A model generated the notes under the pieces. That model was not told where the DNA came from, ran no database searches, and worked only from the letters and a program-made list of their open reading frames with translations. Of a stretch of 64,000 nt of DNA, positions 1 to 13,800 are shown piece by piece. The translations under genes and the position numbers were made by a program. The stretch is from NCBI GenBank assembly GCA_964247055.1, contig OZ176054.1, positions 6,200,001 through 6,264,000 of the forward strand, in the 5' to 3' direction. This DNA is from Paragordius varius (lineage: Eukaryota > Animalia > Nematomorpha). Position 1 is the first letter of the stretch. Each line of letters opens with the position of its first letter.

Positions 1-1
1 A

Positions 2-2371
2 CCTCAACTTACTGCGTACGCATATTCATCCGGTTCAGACAACGAATATCAAAGCGATGAGGAAACAGAAACTATCAAAAGTAAAAGTGAATCTAGTGAT
101 GATGTTGAAAAACAGAACAGCCAAAACGATGAAGATAGTAAAATTGAGGATAATATGGATTATGAAAATGATGATTCTAGCTTCAAAAATATATCTGGTA
201 AAATAATTAATTATAATTATTTAGATTCAGAAAATGGAGATGATTTACTTACTGAATTAGTTGATGCCACTAGTGAAATTATGACTGAACCTGATAAAAA
301 CGAAATAAATTCCGGACCATTTATATTTTGGGATAATGCAGGTCCAGTATGGTCACTCGCCTCTTCTCTTAAAAAATTAGCAAAGGAAAATGCTTTTTCT
401 TTGGAAGGTATTAATTATATTTTAAGTATTTTAAGAGAAGAATATATTAACTAAATTACCCAAAACTAAAAGGTTATGTTCAGATGTATTGCAAGAAAAG
501 TTTCGACATTTATACGATTTAAAACAAAAGGAACATTCAAAGTATTTACTATTAAAACACTCTTAGTTTGATTGCCTACTATATTCATTTTTTTGCAGCG
601 AACAACAAAAAGATTTTAATTCCATGATAACTGATAATAAAGCATTTCGCAATCCCAGCATTTATGAAAAACTCTTACAGTATTGTGACATTGACGATAG
701 TGGTACAAATTGTCCACCCACCACTGATTTTATTGTTAATTCCAGTTATAATACTAACTTTGACAATGAATCAGCTTCGGAAGATCCTAATTCACCGACA
801 TCCAGAAATTCTCAAATTAAAAAATTGGGTATTAATCATTTTTTGACATGAAAAGTTATGTTTTTTTTAAATAAAAGTGTGAAATCTAAATTTGGCATAT
901 TTTATTCTTTATATAATGCTTTTATATAAAAATGTCTTGAAACTGTTTTATATTATTAGTTTAACCCAATATTAAGCCTTGAATACGTTTGAATGATCCG
1001 AAAAATATCTAAAGTTGAATATTAACGGAATTTTTTTACCATTTTTTATATCATATTTTTAAAATCGTGTTTTTAAGGGTTTGATGTTTTGCTCTTTATG
1101 TAACGTATGTGTTTCATGAATTAATAAAATATATTTTTCGTATAATATGGATATAAAGGGAAGAGTGTCAATAGTTAATTGCAAAATCTCTCTATCTATA
1201 TGTACTATTTCTTTATTAATAATGTCCTTTCATTTTCTTGTTTACTGTAATTACATATTTACCCAACTCACCCTTAAACATATTTAATATGGTTAATTCT
1301 TAGTTTGAGCTAATACAATTTATATGTTAGTTAAAGGTGTTTTGCTTTTCCAGATTTTAAAAAATAAAAAGTATTTTTTTATTCAAGTGGGTTGTTTTGA
1401 TGAAAAATATGAACCTTAATGGAAAAATAATATAAAATTTTGTGTGCTAGGCCTTAAGCTTAATTTTGAATGTTTTAGTAATGTTTAAGGGTGAATTTAT
1501 GGTATTTTTAAAAAGCGCATGGCATAATTAATTGTGATTAATTTGATAGGTTATGGAATATATAATACCAAACGCTCTACCGGTAAAAGGTTATGGGGTA
1601 ATGCCAGTTTTTACGAAGAACTAGCCAAAACTCAAAAGACCGAAATGGAAAAATGGGAAAAAGACAGGTTAAATAGTTTATATATATAAGGATAATTTGG
1701 TCATTTTTTAATGCGTTAGTGACGACTGTGACCAATTATAAATATAACCAGTTAAAAACTTTTAAAAATATGTATAGATTACGTGGTTCAAAGAGTTTGT
1801 TGAAATTTAACGAATTCTATATGCTATTTAAACCAATTTAAACATTAAACTTTATTATGTTTGGTATACATACAACATATATTTTGCATTAGCATTAATG
1901 ATTGATTATAACCAGAATATGTGCATTCATAATGATTTGTTGTAGTTTTTTAATCGGATAAACCAACCCTTTTAATTGTATTTTATTTTAGAAAATTTTT
2001 AAATCTATTTTCACCTCTATATATTTAGACTTTTGAAGGCCACAAACGCAGCTAATGCTGCATGTTTAGCACATTCCTCTCAACAAAAACAACAGTCCTC
2101 CTTGTCGCAAGAAACTATAAACTCTAAACTTAACACGAAAATTATAGAGACTACTGCGTCTCAATCTCATCATATAAAGACAGATTTAACAATTGAACAT
2201 CATACAAGTGGTAAAAAAATTGTTTCTTTAGAGGCCACTAGTCAAAATTTCCAAAAAACGAATTCCCCCCAAAAGTCTAATGACGAAAAATCAACCACTA
2301 AAAATACCCACAGATCACATAGCAGAGATCCTATAACCGTTGATAAGATTAGGAAAACAAAATGGGGCTAA
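2..2371 (+). CDS. SAP30BP: SAP30-binding protein (HCNGP family), 5'-partial, 5 exons visible: 2-407, 484-541, 599-838, 1550-1667, 2029-2371
   Basis: Spliced translation gives DVLQEKFRHLYDLKQK..DFNSMITDNKAFRNPSIYEKLLQYCDIDDSGTNCP..WGNASFYEELAKTQKTEMEKWEKDR..KIRKTKWG*. This matches the HCNGP signature FRNPSIYEKL..IDE.GTN.P and the YYE.LAKAQK.EM motif. All introns are GT-AG and keep frame. The start codon lies upstream of the window. Confidence 0.9.
1255..1505. mobile_element. ~250-310-bp MITE family (TIR ATACCATTTAC..CAAATTCACC), degenerate copy
   Basis: CTCACCCTTAAACA..TGTTTAAGGGTGAATTTATGGTAT inverted ends, similar to the copies at 4325, 5760, 32621 and 40605. Confidence 0.5.
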
Positions 2372-2898
2372 TTAGATTTTTAGCTCAATGTAGGACTTGG
2401 TACGTAAGAATTGAAAATGATATATGGAACAAAATGAGATATAAGACATCGTTGGAATGCTTTGTAAAAATAAAAACCTCAATTATTATATATATATATA
2501 TATATATTTTGATGTAGATCAAATAAATAAATGTAATATATAATATTTTTTGGACTTAATAATTTCTACATGATAAGATAACTTTCTTTAATTATATTTC
2601 CACACGTTATTAATAATTTTATATGAATGGATGAGCGGGTCATCGAGTGTCAATGCTAATATCAAATTAATAATTTTATTATTATCTCAAATAGTTTAGT
2701 ATTGCACTTTTTATGGCCTACTCATACATTATTTATGCTGCAATCTTTGTTTCCACCTTATATATATTTGCTAAATTATTATATGTTCAATCCTATCTAA
2801 ATTACCATATTATCTAAAAAAAACGATCAAATAAATGTAGCCATCTATTATTTATTTTAAATATGAGAGATATATTGAAATAATTAAATATTTTGACA

Positions 2899-5800
2899 TT
2901 ATATTTGCACTAAATTGGGTGTGTTTAGGCACTGTAATTCAATCAAGCTTTTTTCTTTGAAATTTGTTTGCAAGCTCGAGAGTTTGCTAAATGAGGATAT
3001 AAAATCGTTACGAAATAAAGGAAATCAAAATTAATGCAATATTATTTTTACCTTTTATAACTTTCATAGTTGGGTGATTCTTTTAACCTGGCAAAAAGTG
3101 TATAAATTTGATCCAAACTTTGTTTGCTTTTAGGGGTAAGAAAGCCACACAAAACTAAATCAAGGCACGAGGTGTCTAGTTTTGCCTTTAAAAAATCATT
3201 GTTATATATACATTTATCATTATATTTTTTGGGTAACTAAATAAAAGGGCGAAAATCTCATGTGTGACCAATATATTTTTTTCCAATAAACTAAATTTAA
3301 AAAGACTATACGTGAAAAATGTACCTGTAAAAGACTCTTATCCGTGTAAAGCGAAGAAGCCAAGTATATTTCGTAAAGTTTTTCAAATATATTTTCAACT
3401 ACACGGTTCATTATGCGTTTCAGTAAGGTTGGACATACTGATTCAACCTTTAACATTGTCATTGTTTGAAATAATTAATAGGTATAAATATTTATATCCA
3501 GAAATTAAATTTTTATAGACGAAACATAAAAGACAAATATTTTTTTAAAAACATATTTTTTATCTTAATTTTTTATATATGATTTGGCTACTATTCGATT
3601 GAGATTATTTTGCCCATCGATAGTAAAATTGAAAATCAATTAAAATATGGGTTTATTTGTTTAGTTTTTGATTTTTTCTTTACAATATTTTTACTAATTA
3701 ATATTTTTAAAATTAACCTCAGTATAAATTTCCACACAACCCTGTAAGATAACACGTGCATACAATCTTACATCTATGTAAATAAAAAATATAAATTTTA
3801 TAAAACTAAAAATAATGTGTTTCGCAATAATTAGAAAAGTTAAAACCTGTTGGTTCAGGACAATCTTTCCAATCAAAAGACATATCACTCATATTCCTAG
3901 AAATGTTTTCAGTAATAGGTTTAGAGACTCTTTTAACATATGCATCAAAAAGGGATTGATTCAAATCTTGGAATGTATGACTTATTTTCTATTTAGTTAG
4001 TTCAGATGTTGATATTTTGTTCGTAAATATAAAATGTATGTGTATAATACCTTTTGTATATTATCAGTGGATGAAATACTATTGGCATTAAGAATTTTCA
4101 CTAAATCAATTTTAACTATGGTTTGAAGGAAGTATTCGACATTGCTTAAGCAGTACAATAACCGTCTCTCCTAATGAAAAATTATCGTTATAAAATAAGT
4201 TTTAAAATTATTTTTTATGAAACCCGATTTGTGAAATAGTTTTTAGAATTACTACCATTATCATACGTAATACAATATGTATATAATATTTTAGCATATT
4301 TTATTTAGATAAAACAAAAATTTTAGCTTTACGATTTACACTTCAAATTCATTCTCGAGATGTATTTTCGGGCTTATATAACTCATCGTTATTAAGTATT
4401 TCTTTGTGGCATATTCTATTATTTTTTCAGTATTTTTATGTTTATTTTAAACGACCTTTCTTTTTTTGAAAATATTAAAAAATTCTGTAATTTATAGTAA
4501 AAAACACAAAAATTTTTAAGGGTGAAATTGAATTATTTAAGGGTGATGAGTAAATGGTATATTAAATAATTAATTACACACCTCTATACTTTTATTATTA
4601 CCATTAAATTACATATCTCTAAATATTTTCCATAAAATTGAACATTAAAACCTTTTTTATCCGTTGGTTACGAAAAGATGTCATAATAAGTGTCTTTTCA
4701 ATCTCAGCATCTTCGTGAATAGTGTTAGTTTTTTCCACATCTTGGCCAGTTTTTTGTGTCGATTTCTCTGTAACAGAATGAGACTGTTGAGATTGTGTAA
4801 CAATGCCAAACGCTAAAAATTGGAATGATTCATAAAATCCCAATACCATTTTAGTACATGCCAGAGCTACCTATAAATATAAATGTTTATTATTAAAAAT
4901 ACCCTGGGTTAGACCAAAAACATAAGTTTTTTTTGGATTTGTTTCGAGATTACAATCTCAAAAAATAATATGTTTAAAAAGGATATTTTTTTAATGTTAA
5001 CCTTATTTTTGAGGATTGTTTTGTTTGTTATTTCTGAAATATAAAAGTATATCTTTATTTTTTTGCACATAATATAAATTTATTGTTCATTTTTTTTGAC
5101 ATTGTTAATAAATAATTGAGCTAACCGGAAAATAATATAACCGGCACAAAATGGCAAATTTTATACTTTTTCTTAAAAATATGGAAAACCGAGCATGATT
5201 CCGGTTCCAATCCATGAATATACTAATAAAATATCAGTCAAATATATTAATCTGGTCAAAGAATACTTGTAAACATACAATTTGATAAAATTACGAAAAA
5301 ATCTTTCCAAAGTAACTAAATTAAAACCTAAAATATTTTATATTTAAAACAATTAAAATATATTATGTTTAGATCTCAAATTAATTTTACATACCTGTTT
5401 TGATGCAGTTTGATTGGTATGAAATAGATTACTTTCCACTGTATCATCCAAAAAGGTAACGTTGTTACCACCATCTTCATTGATATTATATGGTTCAATA
5501 AACCATTTTGCAATTTTACAATACTTTTCCAACATATCACGAAAACATTCAATCTATAACCAAAAATGAATCTTATTTGTTCAACTCAAACATAATAAAA
5601 TGTCTCAAATTGTGGGGTATATATGAAAAACTAAAAATATTCAAAGATGTATTTTATATAATCATCACTTTTATATTTTTTCAAAAATAAAATATTTTAG
5701 TAGTTATTGACTTATTGGGTGAAATAAAAAACTTTATGAAATATATATCCCAAAATTGGGTAAACCATTTACAATTCAAATTTACCCTTGAACAATTCAC

Positions 5801-8800
5801 TCGACTTATTCAAATTCACCCTCGACATATTTAAATTCCTAAAAATAAGTTGTGTTTTCGGGCTAATATATTAATAATGCAAAACATATCTTTATGGCTT
5901 AGTTTATTATTTTTCAGTATTATTTTAATTACAGGCCAAATTTCATTTTTTAAAAATATAAAAATTTAGGTAATATTTAATCTTAAAAAACACACAATTT
6001 ATTTTATAGTGAATTTGAATTGTTCGATGGATTTGAATTGTTTAAGGGTGAATTTGAAGTTTAAATGGAATATCTTTAATTATTATTACTTTTAACAATG
6101 TAATCTAATATATACAATTTTGGTGTGTCCAAATCCATTATTTGTATCAAAATCAACCAAAATTTTCCAATTTTCTTTCAAACATAATCGTTTCATTTCT
6201 ATAATATATGCAAATTAAAATACAATACAAACGCCAAATAAACTTTAATTACCAACAAATTATTTACCCAAGAGTAAAATTATTTTTAGATCAACAAAAA
6301 CTCCGAGGATTACAATTTTACCATTTTAAAACTCTTGTTGCAAAATTATATGATAATTTTGCAACAATAATATTTATATCTAATATATTTTTATATGCAA
6401 CCTAGAAATAATTATTGAAATAATAACATGCAAAACACCGTTTATTTCTTCATCTCTACATATAAATTCATAAGGAGTGAATGTTATTAACAATATTTAT
6501 TTTTAGTGTTAAATATATTAAATTATCATTTTAATATTTTACTAGCCATTATATTTAAATAAAAATAAGTAATTTTTATCATCGTTAATTATTAGCTACT
6601 TAAAATCAACAAAATTATAATCATCATAACATATGGGAATACTTACCTTTGCGCCCATTTTCAAAGATAGTTAAAATAGCGTATGTTCGCATATCATTAA
6701 CCATCATTTTAAGTAAATTTATGGAGTTTTCAGGGATATTTGCTACTGAACCAGATACTTCTTCGCCCCTATTTTCGTCTCCAAGGTGAAGTATATAGCT
6801 TTGACACACTCTATGTAACATTAAAATTATCATATATTTTCTATAAATTTGGAAAATAAAATCGGGATTTTGCATATGCATCATTAATTAGCTTTTTTGC
6901 GTCCACCTTACTTGTTTAAAGTTGTCTACCATCATATTTTTATAACCTAATCTTATGAATATTAATATATACTATTACTCACTAAAATTGGATAGTATAC
7001 CCAAAGTTATAGGGTTGTTTACTTATTTTAATTGAGATATGATGTAATCGTTTTCGTCAACTTCAACAAAATCAACTAGCTTATCAAAAATTATAATAAA
7101 AGTCATAAGCGTTCTTTAAAAAATCGTATCGTAAATATTAGTTACCTTAAATAAAAGGTAAAAGGTACCTTATATCCTTGACAATCTTGTAAAGGTTAAA
7201 AGTGGTATTAATTTCACCCAGGCTCATAAAATAATTTGTGAGAACCGTTGTCCAATCGCCAAGCACTGAGACACGTCTTGGAGTGCTTAATAACTCATTC
7301 TGACATAAAATATTAGTATAAATATCTACTTATAATTTTAGTTAAAATCGCATTTTTACAACTTAACATTATATTTAGGGTAAAAAATATTCGGGTACAA
7401 CACTAAAAATACAATAGCCCTTATATATATTATATAAGTCTAAAATTAGGGTTGATATATAATTTTTACTTGGGTGTCTTTAGTTTGAGTGTCAGTATTT
7501 GCTTCTATCTTATTGCTAACGATAGAGGATGGGATAAATATGGAACGTATAAGATCGCAATATAATGATACAATGTCATGGATGAAATGCTATAATATGA
7601 TTATTTTAAATTATATTTTATATATTATAATAGGACAACTTTTCAAATAATTCATGATATCTGTATGATTATTATATTTCAAAAATATTAGCAACTTTAA
7701 ATTTAATAATTGTTATTTGTTTAAAATGATAAATTTGAAACGGAAAAAAACTAATTTACCTTAAATCGTTGAAATTTGTTCGGATCAATTTTGAACGTTT
7801 TATCGCCACCAGACATCTATACAAATATAATTATATAATTTATTAACTAAATTTCTAAAACATAATAAATATCTACATATTTTACAAATTAATAAAACGA
7901 AATAAACAGACACACATCTTTATTCACGGGTAAAAGGCCAGAAAAATAAGCTTGTCCCAATTGCCAAAAATCGGAAAACCCTTGAGACATAAGCGCACTC
8001 AACTCTTCAACATAAATAGTCAGGGGTGATGCTGTGAGATTCGGGTTATTTAGCGTTGAATCATCTTTTACATCTTTATAAAAGTAATTATGAAATAAAA
8101 ATTTTAAATAAAGAAAAAAAAATACATGTTCAAAAAATTATGGATAAAACATACTATTTTTGCCAAAAAATGGATAATCGCCAAAACTATCTTGCTTGGA
8201 CCCGACCAAAAGTTCGGGAAATAGGGTTGAAAAATCTAAATTTATAAAATTAAATGGTATATCAATTGAATATCTCATAACAAAATCGATTTCTAACCAT
8301 TTTGGGTCTGGTTCCAATATTTTCAATATATAAAAAATTCCGATTCTTTATTATATCTAGAGATAAGGTAATTATTTTATTTGCGAAGAAATATTAATTT
8401 CAAATTTGAACATTCTGCAAAATCATCTGTAAATCCAAAAATATGATTTCCTGAATAAAAAAAATTATAATAAGATTAATGCTGTGTTAAAATTTAACAT
8501 CTTTTCAGGCAAACACAACATTTTCCATCAATGGAAATATAAATGTTGCGTTTGGTTGAAACAATGTTTAGTTTGGTTAAACAAATGTTGCGTTTGAAAA
8601 AATGTTGCTATTTGGTGTAAAGGCAATAATCACATATTTTACGATTTTTCATATAATTCATAACTGCAAAAATGATATTCCTGAAACCTGAATTAGCAGT
8701 AAATTAAACACAACGAATTCCTCAAATTGAATGAGTTCCAGGTGTTTCAAATATTTTGATATTCTTAAAAAATAATTAATTATAAATATCACAGAGTAAT

Positions 8801-10853
8801 CTTAGCATATCAATTCCATATTTGGATATAATCAATTTTTATAGAATATTACCTGGATGAAATGCAAAAGTTTTATTGTAATTTAGCATAAAAAACCAAT
8901 TAAAGATTTAATTGAAAATATTGACAATTTATTAAATATTAATTTACTCTCCCAAACATTAAACATCAATAAATTATGAATAACCATTGTGAAATAATCA
9001 TTAAAAATTATCAATAATTTTTGTAGATTAAAGTAAATTTTTATCGTAAAAAATAAATTTAAGAAAAAAAACCTTTTTTGTAAAGGTTTGGAGCACTTTT
9101 AATTTCCGTCAATGGCCTGATATCCCCCGTTGTCGAAAATATACCATTATTGCATTTACTATCAATTATATATTTGTCGGATCCTACAAAATATTTATAA
9201 AAAATATTTTGAAAAAAAAAACAATATTCAAATTAAAGCACTAAAACTTAAAAAATTAATAAATATTTTATATTGTATATGTTTACTTATAGGATTTAAT
9301 TGGTCATTGTGATATGATGTATCGCGCTTAGCTAATAGTTGACCTTCATATAATTATAGCATAAAATTAAAAAGTTTAAAAATGCAATTTATATTTTTTT
9401 TAAAAATTATAATAAATTCTAACATTTTTTCAAATTCCGATCTTTGCAATCAATCAGGATAAGGGTTAACCATGAAGACATTTTAACAATACTTTCCCAT
9501 GCTGAATCAGTTTTTGGGTCAACATCAACTAAAAATCTGCAAAAAATTATAATTTAATCGTAACTTTCTTACAAAAAAATTATTATATATATATATTTCG
9601 CCATAACTATATATTAAAGTTATATTTTACGTAAAGATTCTTTAAAATTAAATTATTAGATTATAAAATTGATAAATGAATAACTTCAAAATATTTTTTT
9701 GTTCCTCTAGGGTTGATGGATAATTAAATAATTGAGAGCGTAAAGTCTTTTTCAAACCATCCATTTTACTGTTTGCGATATTGATGACTATTTATAAATT
9801 AAATAGAATTAAATTATATGGAAAACATCATGAGTTTCAATGTTTCAAAAATAAAAATTTGGGTTTATAAAAAGTTCCTTATTTCACAACTCAAATAGAC
9901 AGTGAGCGAATATTTATTACATGATTATATAAATTAATAAAATTAAAAACATATCTCTTTTATCGAAAAAAATTCTTGATGCAATATTATGAATAACAGA
10001 GCGTTGTAAGTTAAAATGAATTAATTTTTCTGATTTTAGCTATATTATTAAATAATAACTTTAATTAAGTCAAATTTATCCAAAACAACACTCATAATCT
10101 GGAAAAGTTAAAAATCGAACAACAAACAAACAAACAAGGTAATAATAAATAAAATAATTTTAACAAATTATCAACTTTGTTTAAATATGGGTAAATCCGC
10201 GATTCCACCGGTTCCGCTAATACCGCCCGAGAAATAAAGCGTATTTGCGCGGTTGTAATCATTTATTGCCATTGCATAATCACCTATCATTATATAATTT
10301 AAAAAAGAAGGATAAAATATAAATTTGAACAATTTCTTCTAATTTAATTTAATTACTATTTCATCTTTACACCATTTTATTTATCCATTGAAAACGATAT
10401 TAATAACATAAATCAAATATTTAGAATATATTTTAATTTTAAACAAATTTTATGAAAATTTGAGTCATTATTACAAAATCATTTAAATATTATCAAAAAA
10501 GAACAATTAGTTTCTGTAACAGTAAGGTCACGGTTTATTAAACGATATTTGATGATAAATTCTATCAAACGAATAAAACAAGCAATGAAATAATAAAAAG
10601 TAATAATTTCGAAATTCAGAAAACTTAAAAAAATTAAATTTGCCACATTTCTAATCATAGTGTTTTAACATAAAATGGTAATAAAAAAACTAAATTAGTT
10701 CAAACCTTTAGCGATTGATTTTGAAAGTGTGCGTGGGAGATTAAAACACAACTTAAATCGATTGATTAGGGCTAAAGCGTTTCTGGTTGAATCAGCGCGA
10801 CTTTTATTGCCCAGGATATCGTTAAAAAGGGAATTTGATTTATTTTCAACCGC

Positions 10854-10885
<32 letters not shown>

Positions 10886-13800
10886 ATAAAATTAAAATTT
10901 AATATAAAATTTTAATTTAATGTTAAAAAACATATATATTTTACTCATTTGTCTGAAATTTTTCAAAAAATTTAAGGATTGAAAAATTTTCATAGCAAAA
11001 AAATGTACTAGTAAGTTCTTTATCCAATTTCTCCAATATTTTAGGGATTGAACCTGTCTTTTGCTTATCCTCATCCATTTTGGCATTCAACACTTTAAAT
11101 ATAGAAAATAATACCATTTTTTTAAAATAAAAATATTTAATAATTTAAAACTATACATATGATTTGAGAATTTACATATCTAAAAATGATTATTTAGATT
11201 ATTTTTTTTAAATACTATAATAATCAATAATTTAATATAAGAATTATGTTTTCGGCAAAAATATCTTATTTTCCACTTTCCATCGCATCCAAACAGCCCA
11301 GAAATGTTATAATGTTGGTTTTGATGAATGAGTTTGGACCCTCGTTTTTTATATTTACGCTTTCACGCATGTATTCAAGTCCCTTTTTGAGTTCCTGGAA
11401 ACTATTGTAAAAGGTAATGTATTAGTATAACAATCGAGAATACAGTAAAGCTTCTTATTTTTGGTTTCCAAAGTTCAATTTAAATAAAAATAATTTTTTC
11501 TTCCTTTTTTTAAACCATTTTCTAATAAATAAGTAAACAAATTCATTCTTTGTGTATCAATTAAAACATTTTTATAATAGAAAATATGACTCTGTAATAA
11601 GATTAAATAGGTTAAAGAATATTATAAGTTACCTGTTTTGATGGTAATTTTCAAGCAGAAACCAGGTTGGAAGAAATGATTCTTGCCTAATGTTCCCAGA
11701 ATTGTCTGGATATAACTCTTGCAATTCATCTATTGGGAATTTGGGACTATGATATGCCAATTATAAAATGGATTTAAATAATACTAAAAAGATATTTAAG
11801 TTAGTGAATTAAAACTCTCGTGTAGGAAAATCTTCGTAAAATGTTCTTTTTTTGAAGGTAACTATTTACAATAAAGTTAATTTATAGCAGGGGTGGCCAA
11901 CGAGGTGACCGCGGTCACTTTCGTGACCGCGACAACTCAAAAAGTGACCGCCTCAAAATATTTTGTTTAAAAAAATTTTATTGATTTTTTTCGGATAGTT
12001 GGCTACTTCTGAGCGAATTTAAATTTAAAATACAAAAAAATACGGTTCAAATTAAAAAAAAACGTCTAAGAAAAGGGTGTAAAAAAATTATTTTATTAAT
12101 TATAATTCATATGTTTTGGAGCATTTGCATTAAAACTTAAAATCAGTCATTTCCCTTGAATATATCAAAACTTTGAGCAAAGCTTATTCATAAATCAGAA
12201 GTATAATCGTGAAGTTAGATTTGATTTGATACACCAAAAGTAGGTTTTTAAAACTTATATTTTAGAATGAGCCAAAAAAAGTTGTACAGATACAAGAAAG
12301 ATTGGGAGCATGAATACTTTTTTATTATGATAAATGAAACATGCACCTGTCTAATATGCAATAGTACTGTTGCTTTGCCCAAAAAGTCAAATATTGAAAG
12401 ACATTATAGATCTCTGCATCCACATTACTCCAAAAACTACCCCTTACAAACTCAAGAACGCAACATTAAAGTAAAGGAATTAAAAGAACAATTATCCGCC
12501 TCACAAAATAGCATACTTAAATACAACAAAGACTATAAAAATGCTACGATTGCTTCATTCAAGGTAGCGGAAATACTCATTCGGAACAATAAGCCATTCC
12601 AAGATGGTGAAATATTTAAAGAAGCCTTTATTAGCGCTTGTAATATTTTATTTGAAAACTTTGATAACAAAAATAATATTATGACAGCTATTAAAAGCAT
12701 AAGCTTATCGAGAAATACCGTTATGCGCAGGGCTGAAGATATTAGTAATAATCTTGATGAAATTTTACATGAAAATATTAATAGCTGTATTTTTTCTCCT
12801 TGCAACTCGATGAGTCCACCGATTATGTTGGAATCGCCCAATTATGCATTTTTATTCGTATGATATTTAGTGATTTATCTGCAAAGGAGGAATTATTAAC
12901 TATAATACCTCTCCACGAACGAACCAGAGGGCAGGATATTTTTAATTCTTTTTATAAATTTATCACAGATACGAAACTTCCCATCGTAAAACTCGCATCT
13001 ATAACTACAGATGGAGCTCCAGCTATGATTGGCGTTAACAACGGCTTTATCGCTTAATGTAAAAATCACAGTGCATTTCCCAAGTTCATTGATTACCATT
13101 GTATAATCTATAATCAAGTTTTATGTTCAAAAGTTTTAAAATACCATCATGTAATGAACCCCTGTTTTAAAATTGCTAACGCCATTCGAACAAAAAGCTT
13201 GTCCCGCCGCCAATTTCGAATTTTGTTAAATGAGTGCGGCGTGGAATATGGAGAACTTTTATTACATACTGATGTAAGGTGGTTGAGTCGTGCCGCATTT
13301 TTAATTAGATTTAGGCAACTTTTACCACAAATAGAAATTTTTTTAGAGAATTCTAAATTTTCATACCCTGAATTGAAAGATCAAGATTGGCTGCTTGATC
13401 TTGCATTTTTATGCGATATCACGGAAAAATTGCATAAATTAAACATCCAATTACAAGGAAAAGATAAAACAATAATGGATATGATGGGTGCTATAAAATC
13501 TTGTAAGGAAACACTAACAGTAGTAGAAACACAATTAAAAAACCGAGATTTAAAACATTTTTTTAATCTGGCAGCGGTGTCTAAAAAAATAGAGAATCTC
13601 TCTTTTGAAAAATATGCAGATGATATTGGTCTGCTTATTAATGATTTTGAAAAACGATTTTCATCTATAAATAAACTTGAAGACATCGCTATTTTTTTAT
13701 CATGCCCATTTAATAATAATAATAATGTTGAATATATTGCTCAAAAACTCAGCCACTTTCTTGGTGTACCAAATTTAGCAGAGTTGGAAGAGGAATTAAT

